DNA from: an uncultured Lachnospiraceae bacterium
GTDB lineage: Bacteria > Bacillota > Clostridia > Lachnospirales > Lachnospiraceae
Assembly: GCA_910588775.1 (NCBI GenBank)
Contig: CAJURH010000009.1
Location: forward strand, 2,446-66,445
DNA length: 64,000 bases
Direction of reading: 5' to 3'
Shown here piece after piece: positions 48,323 to 58,700 of the stretch (positions are counted from its first letter, which is position 1; each line of letters starts with the position of its first letter). Made by a program: the position numbers and the translations under genes. Under the pieces are notes generated by a model. The model was not told where the DNA came from. It worked only from the letters and a program-made list of their open reading frames with translations, and did no database searches.

Positions 48323-49195
48323 ATGAGTATTACAATTACTGGCCACACCCAGCTAACCGGGCTTCTGGGCAGTCCGGTGGCCCACAGCATCTCCCCCCGG
48401 ATGCATAACGAGAGCTTCCAATACTGGAATCTGGACTATGTATATCTGTGCTTTGACGTGCAGGAGGCGGCGCTTGCCACGGCGGTGTCGGGATTAAGAA
48501 CTATGGGCGTGCGCGGATTTAACCTGACTATGCCCTGCAAGAACCGGATGGTGGAGCTGTGCGACTGCCTCTCTCCGGCCGCACGGCTTATAGACGCTGT
48601 GAATACCGTGGTCCATGAAGATGGGCGTTTAACCGGACATAACACAGACGGCGTGGGCTTTGTGCGCGCTCTTAAAGACGCCGGGCATGAAATAAAAGGA
48701 CAGACCGTGACGCTTCTGGGGGCCGGCGGCGCCGCCACGGCCATCTGCGTGCAGGCGGCTCTTGACGGAGCAAAAGCCATCCATGTCTTTGCCCGGCCCA
48801 CCAGCCGTTTCTGGGGCCGGATGCAGCGGCTGGCCGATGAGATTAACCGCTCCTACCCCTGCCGCGTCACCTTAATGGAGCAATCCGACCATGCACAGCT
48901 TTTGCATGCGTTGGAAGAAAGCCAGCTTCTTGTAAATGGCACATCGGTGGGCATGGCGCCAAACACGGAAGAATCTCTGATTACAGATCCCGCCTGTTTT
49001 CATCCGGGCCTGGTGGTTTTCGACGCTATTTATAATCCCAGACAGACCCGGCTTTTAGAGCTGGCTAAAGACGCCGGGTGTGAAACCTGCAATGGCTTGT
49101 ATATGCTTTTGTACCAGGGCGCGGAGGCTTTTTCTCTGTGGACTGGACAAGACATGCCCATTTCGCACATCAAGTCCAGTTGTTTTTCTCAATGA
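48323..49195 (+). CDS. aroE: Shikimate/quinate dehydrogenase (AroE/YdiB family)
   Basis: HSISP.MHN, N.TMP.K, AVNT, NTDG.G, GAGGAA, ML.YQG. Confidence 0.92.
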   Translation: MSITITGHTQLTGLLGSPVAHSISPRMHNESFQYWNLDYVYLCFDVQEAALATAVSGLRTMGVRGFNLTMPCKNRMVELCDCLSPAARLIDAVNTVVHEDGRLTGHNTDGVGFVRALKDAGHEIKGQTVTLLGAGGAATAICVQAALDGAKAIHVFARPTSRFWGRMQRLADEINRSYPCRVTLMEQSDHAQLLHALEESQLLVNGTSVGMAPNTEESLITDPACFHPGLVVFDAIYNPRQTRLLELAKDAGCETCNGLYMLLYQGAEAFSLWTGQDMPISHIKSSCFSQ

Positions 49196-51156
49196 TTGGA
49201 ATTGTCCTGTTCCACTTGGATTTTCCGTATTTCCTTGGTGCGGATTTCTTCTGTGATTTCGGAAATGAATGTATCCAGGGTTTTTGGCCCTTCGTCTCCC
49301 AGGTAGCGGCTCCGGACAGACGCCAGCCCCTCTTCCTGCTCTTTGGCGCCCACCACCAGCATGTAGGGCACTTTGTCCAGCCGGGCTTCCCGGATTTTGT
49401 ACCCCATTTTCTCGGACCGCTGGTCCACCGAACAGCGGATGGAGGCTTCTTTTAACCGGGTTTCCACCTGGGCGGCGTAATCGTGGAATTTCTCAGAAAT
49501 GGGGATGACCCGCACCTGTTCCGGACAGAGCCAGGTGGGGAACAGTCCGGCGTATTTCTCAATGAGCCAGGCCAGCGTCCGCTCGTAGCAGCCCATGGAG
49601 GTCCGGTGAATGATGTACGGGCGTTCCTTCTCTCCGTCGGCGTTGATGAAAGTCATATCAAAACGTTCCGCCAGGAACATGTCCAACTGAATGGTAATCA
49701 TGGTGTCTTCCTTGCCATACACGTTTTTGGCCTGAATGTCCAGCTTCGGGCCGTAGAAGGCGGCCTCCCCTTCTTCCTCTGTGTAGGGAATGCCGATGTG
49801 GTTTAGGATTTCCCGCATCATGTCCTGCACCTGGTTCCATGTCTTCTCATCTCCCAGGTATTTTTCCTGGTCGTTGGGGTCCCACAGGGAGAGACGATAG
49901 GTCACGTCCTCTTCCACGCCCAGCGTGGTCAGGCAGTATTTAGCCAGGTCCACGCATCCTTTGAATTCCTCTTCAATCTGGTCTGGGCGCACAATCAGAT
50001 GGCCCTCGCTGATGGTGAACTGGCGAACGCGGGTCAGACCGTGCATTTCGCCGGATTCCTCATTCCGAAACAGCGTGGAGGTCTCCCCTAAACGCACTGG
50101 CAAATCCCGGTAACTGTGCTGCTCCGCCTTATATACATAATACTGGAACGGACAGGTCATGGGTCGCAGGGCGAAGATCTCTTTGTCCTTTTCCTCGTCT
50201 CCCAAGATGAACATGCCGTCTTTGTAGTGGCCCCAGTGGTCGGAAATCACATACAAATCGCTCTTGGCCATCAGCGGCGTCTTGGTGCGCACATAGCCCC
50301 GCTTGGCCTCTTCGTCCTCAATCCACCTCTGCAGTTCCTGGATAATGGTCACGCCTTTTGGCATCAAAAGGGGCAGCCCCTGGCCGATGACGTCCACTGT
50401 GGTGAATAGCTTCATTTCCCGTCCCAGTTTATTGTGGTCTCTCTTCTTCGCCTCCTCCAACTGGGCCAGATGTTCTTTTAGCTCGTCCTTGGTTCCGTAA
50501 GCAGTGCCATACACACGGGTCAGCATCTGGTTTTTCTCGCTGCCCCGCCAGTAAGCCCCGGAAGAGGACAGCAATTTGAAAGCCTTCACGCCTTTGACGT
50601 TCATCAGATGCGGTCCGGCGCACAGATCCACCCAGTCGCCTTGGGAATAGAAGGAAATCTCTGCGTCCTTTGGCAAATCTTCGATTAGCTCAACTTTATA
50701 AGGCTCGTCTTTCTCCTTGAAAAAGGCAATGGCCTCCTCCCTGGATTTGGTGAAACGCTCCATCTTGGCGCCTTTTTTTATAATCTTTTTCATCTCTTTT
50801 TCAATGGCGTCCAAGTCTTCCTGGGAAAAAGGCGCGCACTCGAAGTCATAGTAAAAGCCTGTGTCAATGGAAGGGCCAATAGCCACTTTCGCCTGGGGAT
50901 AAAGGGTCTGCACTGCCTGGGCCAGCACATGGGATGCGGTGTGCCGAAGAGCCGCCAGACCTTTCTCGTCTCTGGCGGTGAGTATGTTCAACTGGCAGTC
51001 CTGGGACACCTCCGTGCGCAGGTCCACCACCTGTCCGTCGATTTCTCCGGCGCAGGCGGCCCGGGCCAGTCCCTCGCTGATGTCGCTGGCAATGTCGATC
51101 ACAGACATGGCCTGGGAATATTCTTTGGTTGTTCCATCTTTCAATGTAATAATCAT
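49189..51156 (-). CDS. thrS: Threonyl-tRNA synthetase
   Basis: TGS domain, H...H and DLC.GPH editing domain, RDH, GL.RVR.F, AFYGPK, IHR. Confidence 0.97.
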   Translation of the reverse strand: MIITLKDGTTKEYSQAMSVIDIASDISEGLARAACAGEIDGQVVDLRTEVSQDCQLNILTARDEKGLAALRHTASHVLAQAVQTLYPQAKVAIGPSIDTGFYYDFECAPFSQEDLDAIEKEMKKIIKKGAKMERFTKSREEAIAFFKEKDEPYKVELIEDLPKDAEISFYSQGDWVDLCAGPHLMNVKGVKAFKLLSSSGAYWRGSEKNQMLTRVYGTAYGTKDELKEHLAQLEEAKKRDHNKLGREMKLFTTVDVIGQGLPLLMPKGVTIIQELQRWIEDEEAKRGYVRTKTPLMAKSDLYVISDHWGHYKDGMFILGDEEKDKEIFALRPMTCPFQYYVYKAEQHSYRDLPVRLGETSTLFRNEESGEMHGLTRVRQFTISEGHLIVRPDQIEEEFKGCVDLAKYCLTTLGVEEDVTYRLSLWDPNDQEKYLGDEKTWNQVQDMMREILNHIGIPYTEEEGEAAFYGPKLDIQAKNVYGKEDTMITIQLDMFLAERFDMTFINADGEKERPYIIHRTSMGCYERTLAWLIEKYAGLFPTWLCPEQVRVIPISEKFHDYAAQVETRLKEASIRCSVDQRSEKMGYKIREARLDKVPYMLVVGAKEQEEGLASVRSRYLGDEGPKTLDTFISEITEEIRTKEIRKIQVEQDNSNH

Positions 51157-51188
51157 GGTATTTTCTCCTTTTTACAAAATTTACACAA

Positions 51189-51456
51189 CAAAAAACCCGC
51201 CCCTGCAACAATTCTTCCTTGCAAGGGGCGAGTCAGATATGTCCGAACCGCGGTTCCACCCTTTTTGCCGTTTCTCTTATCCTCTTGTGAAAAACAGCCT
51301 CTTTCTTGATGATAACGGAATCACCGGGCTGGATTAGAGCCACTCAGAGTTGGTCTTCAGATGCTTCTGCAGTGGAATGCTTCCAGCGCACGTCTGGTCC
51401 CAGACGGGCATTCCTCTCTGGAAAGTTTTCACATCTTACTCTTCTCTTCATCGTTT
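51189..51456 (-). promoter_or_regulatory. T-box riboswitch (Thr, specifier ACC)
   Basis: Stem I with AGTA/GAA motifs, ACC at 51352-54, T-box AAGGGTGGAACCGCG (51249-63), terminator CGCCCCTTGCAA...TTGCAGGGGCGGGTTTTTT; promoter TTGACA-16-TATAAT at 51477-51504. Confidence 0.93.
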
Positions 51457-51530
51457 TACTTGATTTTTCTGCAACTATTATAACACAAAAATAATTTCTG
51501 TCAAATTGAAATTTCTCTTAATTTTTATGG

Positions 51531-54290
51531 TTATTTTTTTACTACTACTTTCCAGGTTGTTTTCACGGTTCCGATTTTCACGGTGACTTTCACAGTTCCG
51601 GCCGCTTTCGCCGTCAGTTTTCCAGTCTTCTTGTTGATGGACGCAAGCTTCGTCTTATCCACGGACCAAGACGCTGCGCCGGATACTCCATATTTTTTGA
51701 CTTTGAGCGTCAAAGACTTTCCCTTCTTTACGGATTTCTTGCCGGAAATCTCCAGAGATGGTTTTTTGACGGTTATCTTTGTCTGAAGCGTTTTTTTGCT
51801 TTTGTCGCTTAAAGTCACCATTGCAGTGATCGTGGCGTTTCCCGCTTTCAGTCCGGTCACTTTGCCATTTGCAGTTACAGACGCTTTTTTCGGAGCGCTG
51901 GATACATACGCCACGGAGGCAATGCGCAGCCCCGCTTTTTGCAGCGTCTTTGTAAAGTTCTTCGGATAATTGGGCTTAAGCGTTACTGTGTGAGATACTT
52001 TTCCTGTGTACAGCGTGGCGGTTGTCTTGGATATCTTGGTGGCGTTCAACGCCTTCTTCGCCGCCTGTATTTCCGCCTGGTTTCCCGCTTTGACAGTTAC
52101 AGTTGTCTGAAGCGTCTTTTTGCTTCCATCGTTTAACGTGACTGTGGTGGTGATTGTGGCGCTTCCCGCTTTTATCCCGGTCACTTTGCCGTTTGCGGTC
52201 ACAGACGCTATTTCAGGACGGCTGGATTTGTATGCCACGGAAGCGATGCGCAGTCCCGCCTTTTGCAGAATTTCTGTAAAATTTTTCGGATATTCTGGCT
52301 GAATCGTTGCTGTATTGCCTTTGTTTCCTGTTTGCAGGGCTATGGAAGCTTTGGATATTTTCGTGGCGCTTAGCGCATCTTTTGCAGCTTTTATTTCCGC
52401 CTGGTTTATGTATCTGTAAGGGATTGCATTTTCTTTTGCGTAGAATTCCGCATAGCTTCCCAGCTTTACAACCAATTCCAGTTGAGTGCAACCATCAAAT
52501 GCAAACTCGCCAATACTTGTAATGCTTTCTGGCAGTTCCAGACTGGTCAGACCAACGCAATTCTGGAATGCGAATTTCCTTATGCTGGTCACGGCTTTCC
52601 CGGCTATACGCGCTGGAACTTTCACCTGACTTTGAGTTCCAAGGTATTTTGTAATCTGTACCGTGCCGTCTTTTCTCCCCTGGTACTGGTAATCGCCCTC
52701 TGTCAACATCTCATCTTCAAAAACAATTTTGAACGGAAAAGCAATTAAATTGTCATTTACCTTTATATTCCCATAAAAATAGCAATAGGGATAATCCCAT
52801 GCCGTTTCATCATCCCAATCTCCTTTATCGGAAATTGTAACGACGCCGTCCGCATTTCCTAATGTAAAATCGCCTGTGTAATTCTGCCAGTCTTCGTCAT
52901 CTACATAGAAATTAGGGTTGACGCAGACTGATTCCGTTCCGGCCAGGTTGTCTTTTGTGTAAGTCGTAATCCTGGTTTTTAATTTTACAGCAGAGCCTTT
53001 TGAAGCTGGCAATGAGATATCCTCTCGAAAACTTCCATAAGAGCAGGGCGGCTGCTGGGCAATCTGTATCTCTTCGTCGCCGTCAATTCTGTACAGAGCG
53101 GCCGCTGTAACTTCATCTTTTACCTGTACATAGAAAGAGGCTGTGTCCACCCGTTTATCATTGACATAAAAATCTACATATACCTGGCATTCTCCCAAAT
53201 TATTCGCCTGCACAACGCCATTGGCGTCTATCGCAATCACTGGCTCATCCTGGGATGGCCTGTATTCCACTCTATAATCGTCTAAAGACACTTCCGTCCA
53301 TACATCGTCTTCTCCATTGGGAGCTTTTGTTATGCAGTCTAGGACTGGCTGTATCTGTAATTTCTGGCCGGCCACAAGATGATACTCTGTACTTCTCACT
53401 CCATTTACATGCCAACCTCCCAGATATTTTTTATCTGTTACAGTAAATTCGAACTGGCCGCTCTCCGTGAATTTCTCGTCCCCATATGTCACAGCGGCCG
53501 TATAACGCACGGTTGTGGAACCCAGACCTGTCGCCTTCATCTTATAGACGCCATTCTTTTTCTCTATAGCGAGAACCGTTGGATCGTCTGCTTGCATATA
53601 ATCAAAAACCGATTCCATTTCCTCATGTATAAGGATGCCGTCTTCATTTTCTCCATAAACTGTACAATGAGGGGGTTCCATTTCCTCGTCATATCCAGGA
53701 AGCTCTTCCAAATTGCCGTAAAAATTACTCCAACTGGCCACTAGATTCGCGATACGAAAAACACAGTCCACTTTGTTTCCTTCGACTTCATGGCCATCCA
53801 AATCTATGGAAACGGAAAAGTAATAGGTAATTCCCTGCTCCAGCCGATAGGCGTCCCACACACGGTCTTCAGATGTTCTCTCCACATTCTCTGCAGCCTG
53901 CCGCTCTCCATTTTCGTCATAATACCAGAAACCATAATATCCATATCCAGTATACCCTGTCTCCTGGACCCCGGATACATCAATTTGATAATATTTCGTT
54001 TTTTCCGGCGTGAAGGAAATAATCGTTTTCTCATCCTCCAAGGTACTGCATTGAATGGGATTATTCCCCTCCTTCAGCGGGATTGCCGCCGCCTCTTCAA
54101 GATTGCCTGCTTGGACCATTTCCGCCGGATCATCTGGTAAAATCTCCAAGCTCTTTTTTTCTCCTTCAGCTGCGATGCTGATAGAAACTGAATTTGGGCT
54201 TGCCATTGCCGGTAAAGGAATGGCCGTTGCCACCAAGACGGCTGTCGTTAGACCGCATGTGATTTGTTTCCATTTCTTCCACTTTTTCAT
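51531..54290 (-). CDS. Secreted surface protein with a BspA-type leucine-rich repeat and Ig-like (Big_2) domains
   Basis: Signal peptide, VTSI..FAF.NC..LTS..LP.SITSIG..AF, S..P.IASV..NG.VT...G.ATIT repeats. Confidence 0.82.
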   Translation of the reverse strand: MKKWKKWKQITCGLTTAVLVATAIPLPAMASPNSVSISIAAEGEKKSLEILPDDPAEMVQAGNLEEAAAIPLKEGNNPIQCSTLEDEKTIISFTPEKTKYYQIDVSGVQETGYTGYGYYGFWYYDENGERQAAENVERTSEDRVWDAYRLEQGITYYFSVSIDLDGHEVEGNKVDCVFRIANLVASWSNFYGNLEELPGYDEEMEPPHCTVYGENEDGILIHEEMESVFDYMQADDPTVLAIEKKNGVYKMKATGLGSTTVRYTAAVTYGDEKFTESGQFEFTVTDKKYLGGWHVNGVRSTEYHLVAGQKLQIQPVLDCITKAPNGEDDVWTEVSLDDYRVEYRPSQDEPVIAIDANGVVQANNLGECQVYVDFYVNDKRVDTASFYVQVKDEVTAAALYRIDGDEEIQIAQQPPCSYGSFREDISLPASKGSAVKLKTRITTYTKDNLAGTESVCVNPNFYVDDEDWQNYTGDFTLGNADGVVTISDKGDWDDETAWDYPYCYFYGNIKVNDNLIAFPFKIVFEDEMLTEGDYQYQGRKDGTVQITKYLGTQSQVKVPARIAGKAVTSIRKFAFQNCVGLTSLELPESITSIGEFAFDGCTQLELVVKLGSYAEFYAKENAIPYRYINQAEIKAAKDALSATKISKASIALQTGNKGNTATIQPEYPKNFTEILQKAGLRIASVAYKSSRPEIASVTANGKVTGIKAGSATITTTVTLNDGSKKTLQTTVTVKAGNQAEIQAAKKALNATKISKTTATLYTGKVSHTVTLKPNYPKNFTKTLQKAGLRIASVAYVSSAPKKASVTANGKVTGLKAGNATITAMVTLSDKSKKTLQTKITVKKPSLEISGKKSVKKGKSLTLKVKKYGVSGAASWSVDKTKLASINKKTGKLTAKAAGTVKVTVKIGTVKTTWKVVVKK
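51759..52406 (-). repeat. Tandem 324-bp (108-aa) intragenic duplication
   Basis: Two units each beginning NQAEI(K/Q)AAK.AL.ATKISK and containing YPKNFT..LQKAGLRIASVAY. Confidence 0.9.
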
Positions 54291-54478
54291 ACTTCATTTC
54301 CCCTTTTCATTTTTTAGGAAATCGCAAAACGCCCAATTCATGACATCTGAAAGCATTTTCACAATTACCTATTTACCATTATACACTTTCAAATTGCCTA
54401 TTAGCAACTATTTTCTATATATAATTAAAAAAGACACAGCATTCATCCAATCAGAAAACTGTGCCTTTTTATTTGATT

Positions 54479-55237
54479 TTAAACATTCCCCACCAGCTTT
54501 TCTTTCACCAGCGCAAAAGCCTCCCGCACCATAAAATGGGGCTGGTACGACCACTGGGACGGCGCAGGGATGCCATAGACCTTCTCGTACCCTTGATGCT
54601 TCGCCAGCTTCAGGCTCCGGTACACGTGGAAATTCTGGGTTACCAGCCCGGTTTTCTTTTCTTTGACTGGCGCAAGTTTCGCGCAAAAGTCCAGATTCTC
54701 CCATGTGCTTGTGGACGTTTCCTCCAGAATCATCCGTTCCTTTTCAATTCCCATTTTCAGCAGCTCCCGTTGGATGCAGACGGCCTCTGTCATCTCTTCC
54801 CCAGGCCCTTGTCCACCGGACAGAATCGCCACCGTGGATGGATGATCCTTCAGATACTGGCCCGCTTTTTCAATTCTCTTTCGCAAAGCCCGGCTGGGGC
54901 GCTCACCCCGCACCTGTGCGCCCAGCACAACGATATAATCCAGATTCTTTTGAGGTTGTCCGCTCATGCCGCTGATTATCAGAAGCTCCAGGAAGGCGAA
55001 GATAAAGAATCCGAACAGAAACATCCCGTAAAGACCCACCTTCACGCCTCTGGGCAATATTTGCGTCCACAAACGGGTCCATCCCAGCGTATAACCGAAA
55101 CAGACAAGAAAAATCCCCGCCAATAGCCAGATAATGGCAAAATCCATGCCGAAAAATGTCAGGGAAATATAATATCCCAGGCATAGAATGCCCAGGATCA
55201 AAAGCGCTGTCGCCATTAGGCGTTTCTTCCGCAGCAT
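54479..55237 (-). CDS. YdcF/DUF218 (ElyC/SanA-like) membrane protein
   Basis: VVLGA, L..R, SGGQG..E...EA, E..S..T.EN, FH.YR, RE. Confidence 0.9.
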   Translation of the reverse strand: MLRKKRLMATALLILGILCLGYYISLTFFGMDFAIIWLLAGIFLVCFGYTLGWTRLWTQILPRGVKVGLYGMFLFGFFIFAFLELLIISGMSGQPQKNLDYIVVLGAQVRGERPSRALRKRIEKAGQYLKDHPSTVAILSGGQGPGEEMTEAVCIQRELLKMGIEKERMILEETSTSTWENLDFCAKLAPVKEKKTGLVTQNFHVYRSLKLAKHQGYEKVYGIPAPSQWSYQPHFMVREAFALVKEKLVGNV

Positions 55238-55731
55238 TTCTTATATTTCTTTCCCGATCCACAGGGACATGGATCGTTGCGGCCTACCTTCGGGCCTTTC
55301 ACGATTGTGCCGGATTTCTTCTGTTCCAGGTACAATCTCTTTTTCGTCTCTTCATCGAATATTTTATCCCACTGAGGCAGATTGTAAAGCCAATCCGCTC
55401 TGGCGTCTACCATATTTTTGTAGAGCTTTTCTTTGTCAAATCCCAGATTCACCACAGTATCTTCCGTCATCTCTTCGATGGGATTGGCTTCCTTTAAGCT
55501 GTCGTTGATCCCATCCAGAAATCCGGTCATGGTGAATACATCCTGCTTATACTTCTCAGCCAGTTCTTTTACGGTTCCAGTTACCACCTCATCGGGGTTC
55601 TCCAGTAATTGCTCGTAGATGCCTTTCTCGATATTGAAATAAGTGGCCCAAAACTTCTGCAGCTTCCCTCTGTCTGCAGACTCGTCGTAGGCGACGTCTC
55701 TCCATTTTTCTAAAATTTTCTTCTCACTCAT
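55216..55731 (-). CDS. SEC-C metal-binding motif protein
   Basis: C-terminal [21 protein letters not shown]. Confidence 0.9.
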   Translation of the reverse strand: MSEKKILEKWRDVAYDESADRGKLQKFWATYFNIEKGIYEQLLENPDEVVTGTVKELAEKYKQDVFTMTGFLDGINDSLKEANPIEEMTEDTVVNLGFDKEKLYKNMVDARADWLYNLPQWDKIFDEETKKRLYLEQKKSGTIVKGPKVGRNDPCPCGSGKKYKKCCGRNA

Positions 55732-55883
55732 GGTATCTATTTCCTCTTTTCCAAAGTTTTCCGTTCTGATTTGTAACGCATATGATTATAGCACGTCTTC
55801 TACAAAAAAACAATCCGCTTTTCATTTCATAAAATAGGGAAAATGCCTAAGGCAGAACAGCCCTGGACAAGTACACAGGAAAA

Positions 55884-55957
55884 TCGGGGCAACAGGATTT
55901 GAACCTGCGACCTCACGGCCCCCAGCCGTGCGCGCTACCAAGCTACGCCATACCCCG
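55884..55957 (-). tRNA. tRNA-Pro(GGG)
   Basis: Acceptor CGGGGTA/TGCCCCG, anticodon arm CACGG-CTGGGGG-CCGTG, T-arm GCAGG-TTCAAAT-CCTGT; CCA not encoded. Confidence 0.97.
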
Positions 55958-56125
55958 GTGAATTCTATTATAACAAATTGACAAAAAAAATCAACCATTT
56001 TTTTCAAAAATTTTTTGAACGTATACATCCATACGGGTAATGCTGCAATCTCCAACATTCCCATTATTCCAACTACCACGTCAGACAATTATCTGTAAAC
56101 AATAACAAAGACCTTTCCAACAAGC

Positions 56126-56154
56126 TTGACAAAATTTTTGCAAACCAGTAGAAT
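56126..56154 (+). promoter_or_regulatory. sigma-A promoter of leuS
   Basis: TTGACA-17 bp-TAGAAT. Confidence 0.75.
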
Positions 56155-56228
56155 AGAGAGCAGAAACGGATGCCCCTGGACGAGAGGTTCAGGGGTATTT
56201 TCGTAAATATGAAGGAGGAGTGAAAAAC

Positions 56229-58643
56229 ATGAGCGCACCTTATAACCATAAGGCTATTGAACAGAAATGGCGTTCAAACTGGCTGGAAAATCCCGTCAAT
56301 GTAAACGACGGCAAAAAACCCAAATATTATTGTCTGGACATGTTTCCCTACCCTTCCGGAAACGGCCTTCATGTGGGCCATTGGAGGGGCTATGTGATTT
56401 CGGATGTATGGAGCCGGTATAAAATGCTGAAAGGTTATTACGTCATCCACCCCATGGGCTGGGACGCGTTCGGCCTTCCGGCGGAGAATTACGCCATCAA
56501 AATGGGCGTGCACCCGGCTAAGTCCACAGCTGAAAACGTGGCCAACATTAAGAAGCAGATCGGCGACATTTCCGCCATCTACGACTGGGATATGGAAGTG
56601 AACACCACAGACCCGGCTTTTTATAAATGGACCCAGTGGATTTTCGTGAAAATGTTCAAAGAGGGCCTGGCCTACGAGAAGGAATTCCCCATCAACTGGT
56701 GCCCGTCCTGCAAGACAGGGCTGGCCAACGAAGAAGTGGTCAACGGATGCTGCGAGCGGTGTGGAGCCGAAGTCACCAAGAAGAACCTGCGGCAGTGGAT
56801 GTTAAAAATCACCAAGTACGCTGAACGTCTCCTGGCCGACCTAGACAAACTGGACTGGCCGGAAAAGGTGAAGAAAATGCAGTCCGACTGGATTGGGAAA
56901 TCTTACGGCGCGGAAGTGGATTTCTCCGTGGAAGGCCAGGATGAGAAAATCACCGTCTACACCACCCGGCCGGACACCCTGTATGGCGCCACCTTCATGG
57001 TGTTGGCGCCGGAACACGCGCTGGCAGCGGGATTGGCCACGCCAGAGACGAAGGAAGCGGTGGAAAAATACATCTACGACGCTTCCATGAAGTCCAATGT
57101 GGACCGCCTGCAGGATAAGGAAAAGACCGGCGTGTTCACTGGAAGCTATGCCATCAACCCCTTAAACCAGGCCAAAATCCCCATCTGGCTGTCCGACTAT
57201 GTATTGGCGGACTACGGAACGGGCGCCATCATGTGCGTGCCAGCTCACGACGACCGGGACTTTGCCTTCGCTAAGAAATTCGATATTCCCATTATCCAGG
57301 TCATCGCCAAGGACGGAAAAGAGATCGAAAATATGACCGAAGCCTACACAGAGGCCAACGGAATCATGATCAATTCGGGCGAATGGAACGGGATGGAGTC
57401 CGCTGTGCTGAAAAAAGAAGCTCCGCATATGATGGAGAAAAGGGGCCTTGGAAAAGCCACGGTCAATTACAAGCTGCGCGACTGGGTATTTTCCAGACAG
57501 CGTTACTGGGGTGAACCCATTCCCATCGTTCACTGTCCCAAGTGTGGCAATGTTCCGGTGCCGGAAGAAGAGCTGCCCTTACAGCTTCCGGATGTGGAAT
57601 CCTATGAACCCACGGGAACCGGGGAGTCCCCTCTGGCGGCCATCGACCATTGGGTGAACTGCAAATGCCCAGCCTGCGGCGCCGACGCGAAACGGGAAAC
57701 TAACACCATGCCCCAGTGGGCCGGTTCCTCCTGGTATTTCCTGCGGTACGTGGACAACCACAACAGCCAGGAACTGGTTTCCAAGGAGAAGGCTCACCAG
57801 TACTTGCCCGTAGATATGTATATTGGCGGCGTGGAACACGCGGTGCTGCATCTGCTCTACTCTCGTTTTTATACAAAATTCCTGTATGACATCGGTGCGG
57901 TGGACTTCGAGGAGCCTTTCCACAAGCTGTTCAACCAGGGAATGATCACCGGGAAAAACGGCATAAAAATGAGCAAATCCAAAGGAAATGTGGTGGCGCC
58001 GGACGATCTGGTCCGGGATTACGGCTGCGACTCCCTGCGCATGTACGAACTGTTCGTAGGTCCGCCGGAGTTGGATGCAGAATGGGACGACCGGGGTATC
58101 GACGGCGTAAGCCGCTTCCTGAAAAGATTCTGGAAGCTGGCGCTGGACAGCCGGGAAGCCAACGTGGCCACCACACCGGAGATGATAAAACTGCGCCATA
58201 AGCTGGTTTATGACATTACCCAGCGTCTGGAAAGCTTCAGCCTAAACACCGTCATATCCGGATTTATGGAATACAACAACAAATTGATGGAAATCGCCAA
58301 AAAATCAGGCGGCATTGATGTAGAGACCATGGAAACCTTCCTGATTCTGCTAGCCCCCTTCGCTCCCCATGTGGCAGAAGAACTGTGGGAAATCTACGGC
58401 CATGACGCATCCATTTTCACCTGCTCCTGGCCAGAGGCCGACGAGTCTGCCATGAAAGACGACGAAATTGAAGTGCCTGTACAGATTAACGGCAAAACCC
58501 GGGCGGTTATTCGCATCTCGGCCGATATTTCCAAAGAAGACGCTATTGCAGCGGGCAAAGAAGCGGTGGCTGAGAAACTGACGGGGAATATTGTAAAAGA
58601 AATTTACGTTCCCAAGAAGATTATCAACATCGTGCAGAAGTAA
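56229..58643 (+). CDS. leuS: Leucyl-tRNA synthetase
   Basis: MFPYPSG.GLHVGH, TTRPDT, GTGAIM.VPAHD, SRQRYWG, GG.EHA.LHL, KMSKS. Confidence 0.98.
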   Translation: MSAPYNHKAIEQKWRSNWLENPVNVNDGKKPKYYCLDMFPYPSGNGLHVGHWRGYVISDVWSRYKMLKGYYVIHPMGWDAFGLPAENYAIKMGVHPAKSTAENVANIKKQIGDISAIYDWDMEVNTTDPAFYKWTQWIFVKMFKEGLAYEKEFPINWCPSCKTGLANEEVVNGCCERCGAEVTKKNLRQWMLKITKYAERLLADLDKLDWPEKVKKMQSDWIGKSYGAEVDFSVEGQDEKITVYTTRPDTLYGATFMVLAPEHALAAGLATPETKEAVEKYIYDASMKSNVDRLQDKEKTGVFTGSYAINPLNQAKIPIWLSDYVLADYGTGAIMCVPAHDDRDFAFAKKFDIPIIQVIAKDGKEIENMTEAYTEANGIMINSGEWNGMESAVLKKEAPHMMEKRGLGKATVNYKLRDWVFSRQRYWGEPIPIVHCPKCGNVPVPEEELPLQLPDVESYEPTGTGESPLAAIDHWVNCKCPACGADAKRETNTMPQWAGSSWYFLRYVDNHNSQELVSKEKAHQYLPVDMYIGGVEHAVLHLLYSRFYTKFLYDIGAVDFEEPFHKLFNQGMITGKNGIKMSKSKGNVVAPDDLVRDYGCDSLRMYELFVGPPELDAEWDDRGIDGVSRFLKRFWKLALDSREANVATTPEMIKLRHKLVYDITQRLESFSLNTVISGFMEYNNKLMEIAKKSGGIDVETMETFLILLAPFAPHVAEELWEIYGHDASIFTCSWPEADESAMKDDEIEVPVQINGKTRAVIRISADISKEDAIAAGKEAVAEKLTGNIVKEIYVPKKIINIVQK

Positions 58644-58649
58644 CACAAA

Positions 58650-58700
58650 CAGGGAAAGGGATTCCTAAGCAATCGCCTAAAAATCCCTTTCCCTATTATT
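58650..58700. terminator. Hairpin between convergent leuS and the sulfotransferase-like gene
   Basis: AGGGAAAGGGATT...AATCCCTTTCCCT. Confidence 0.65.

Noticed and set aside
55884..55957. tRNA-Pro as the integration site of an island
   Set aside because: No duplicated tRNA 3' end or nearby integrase noticed.
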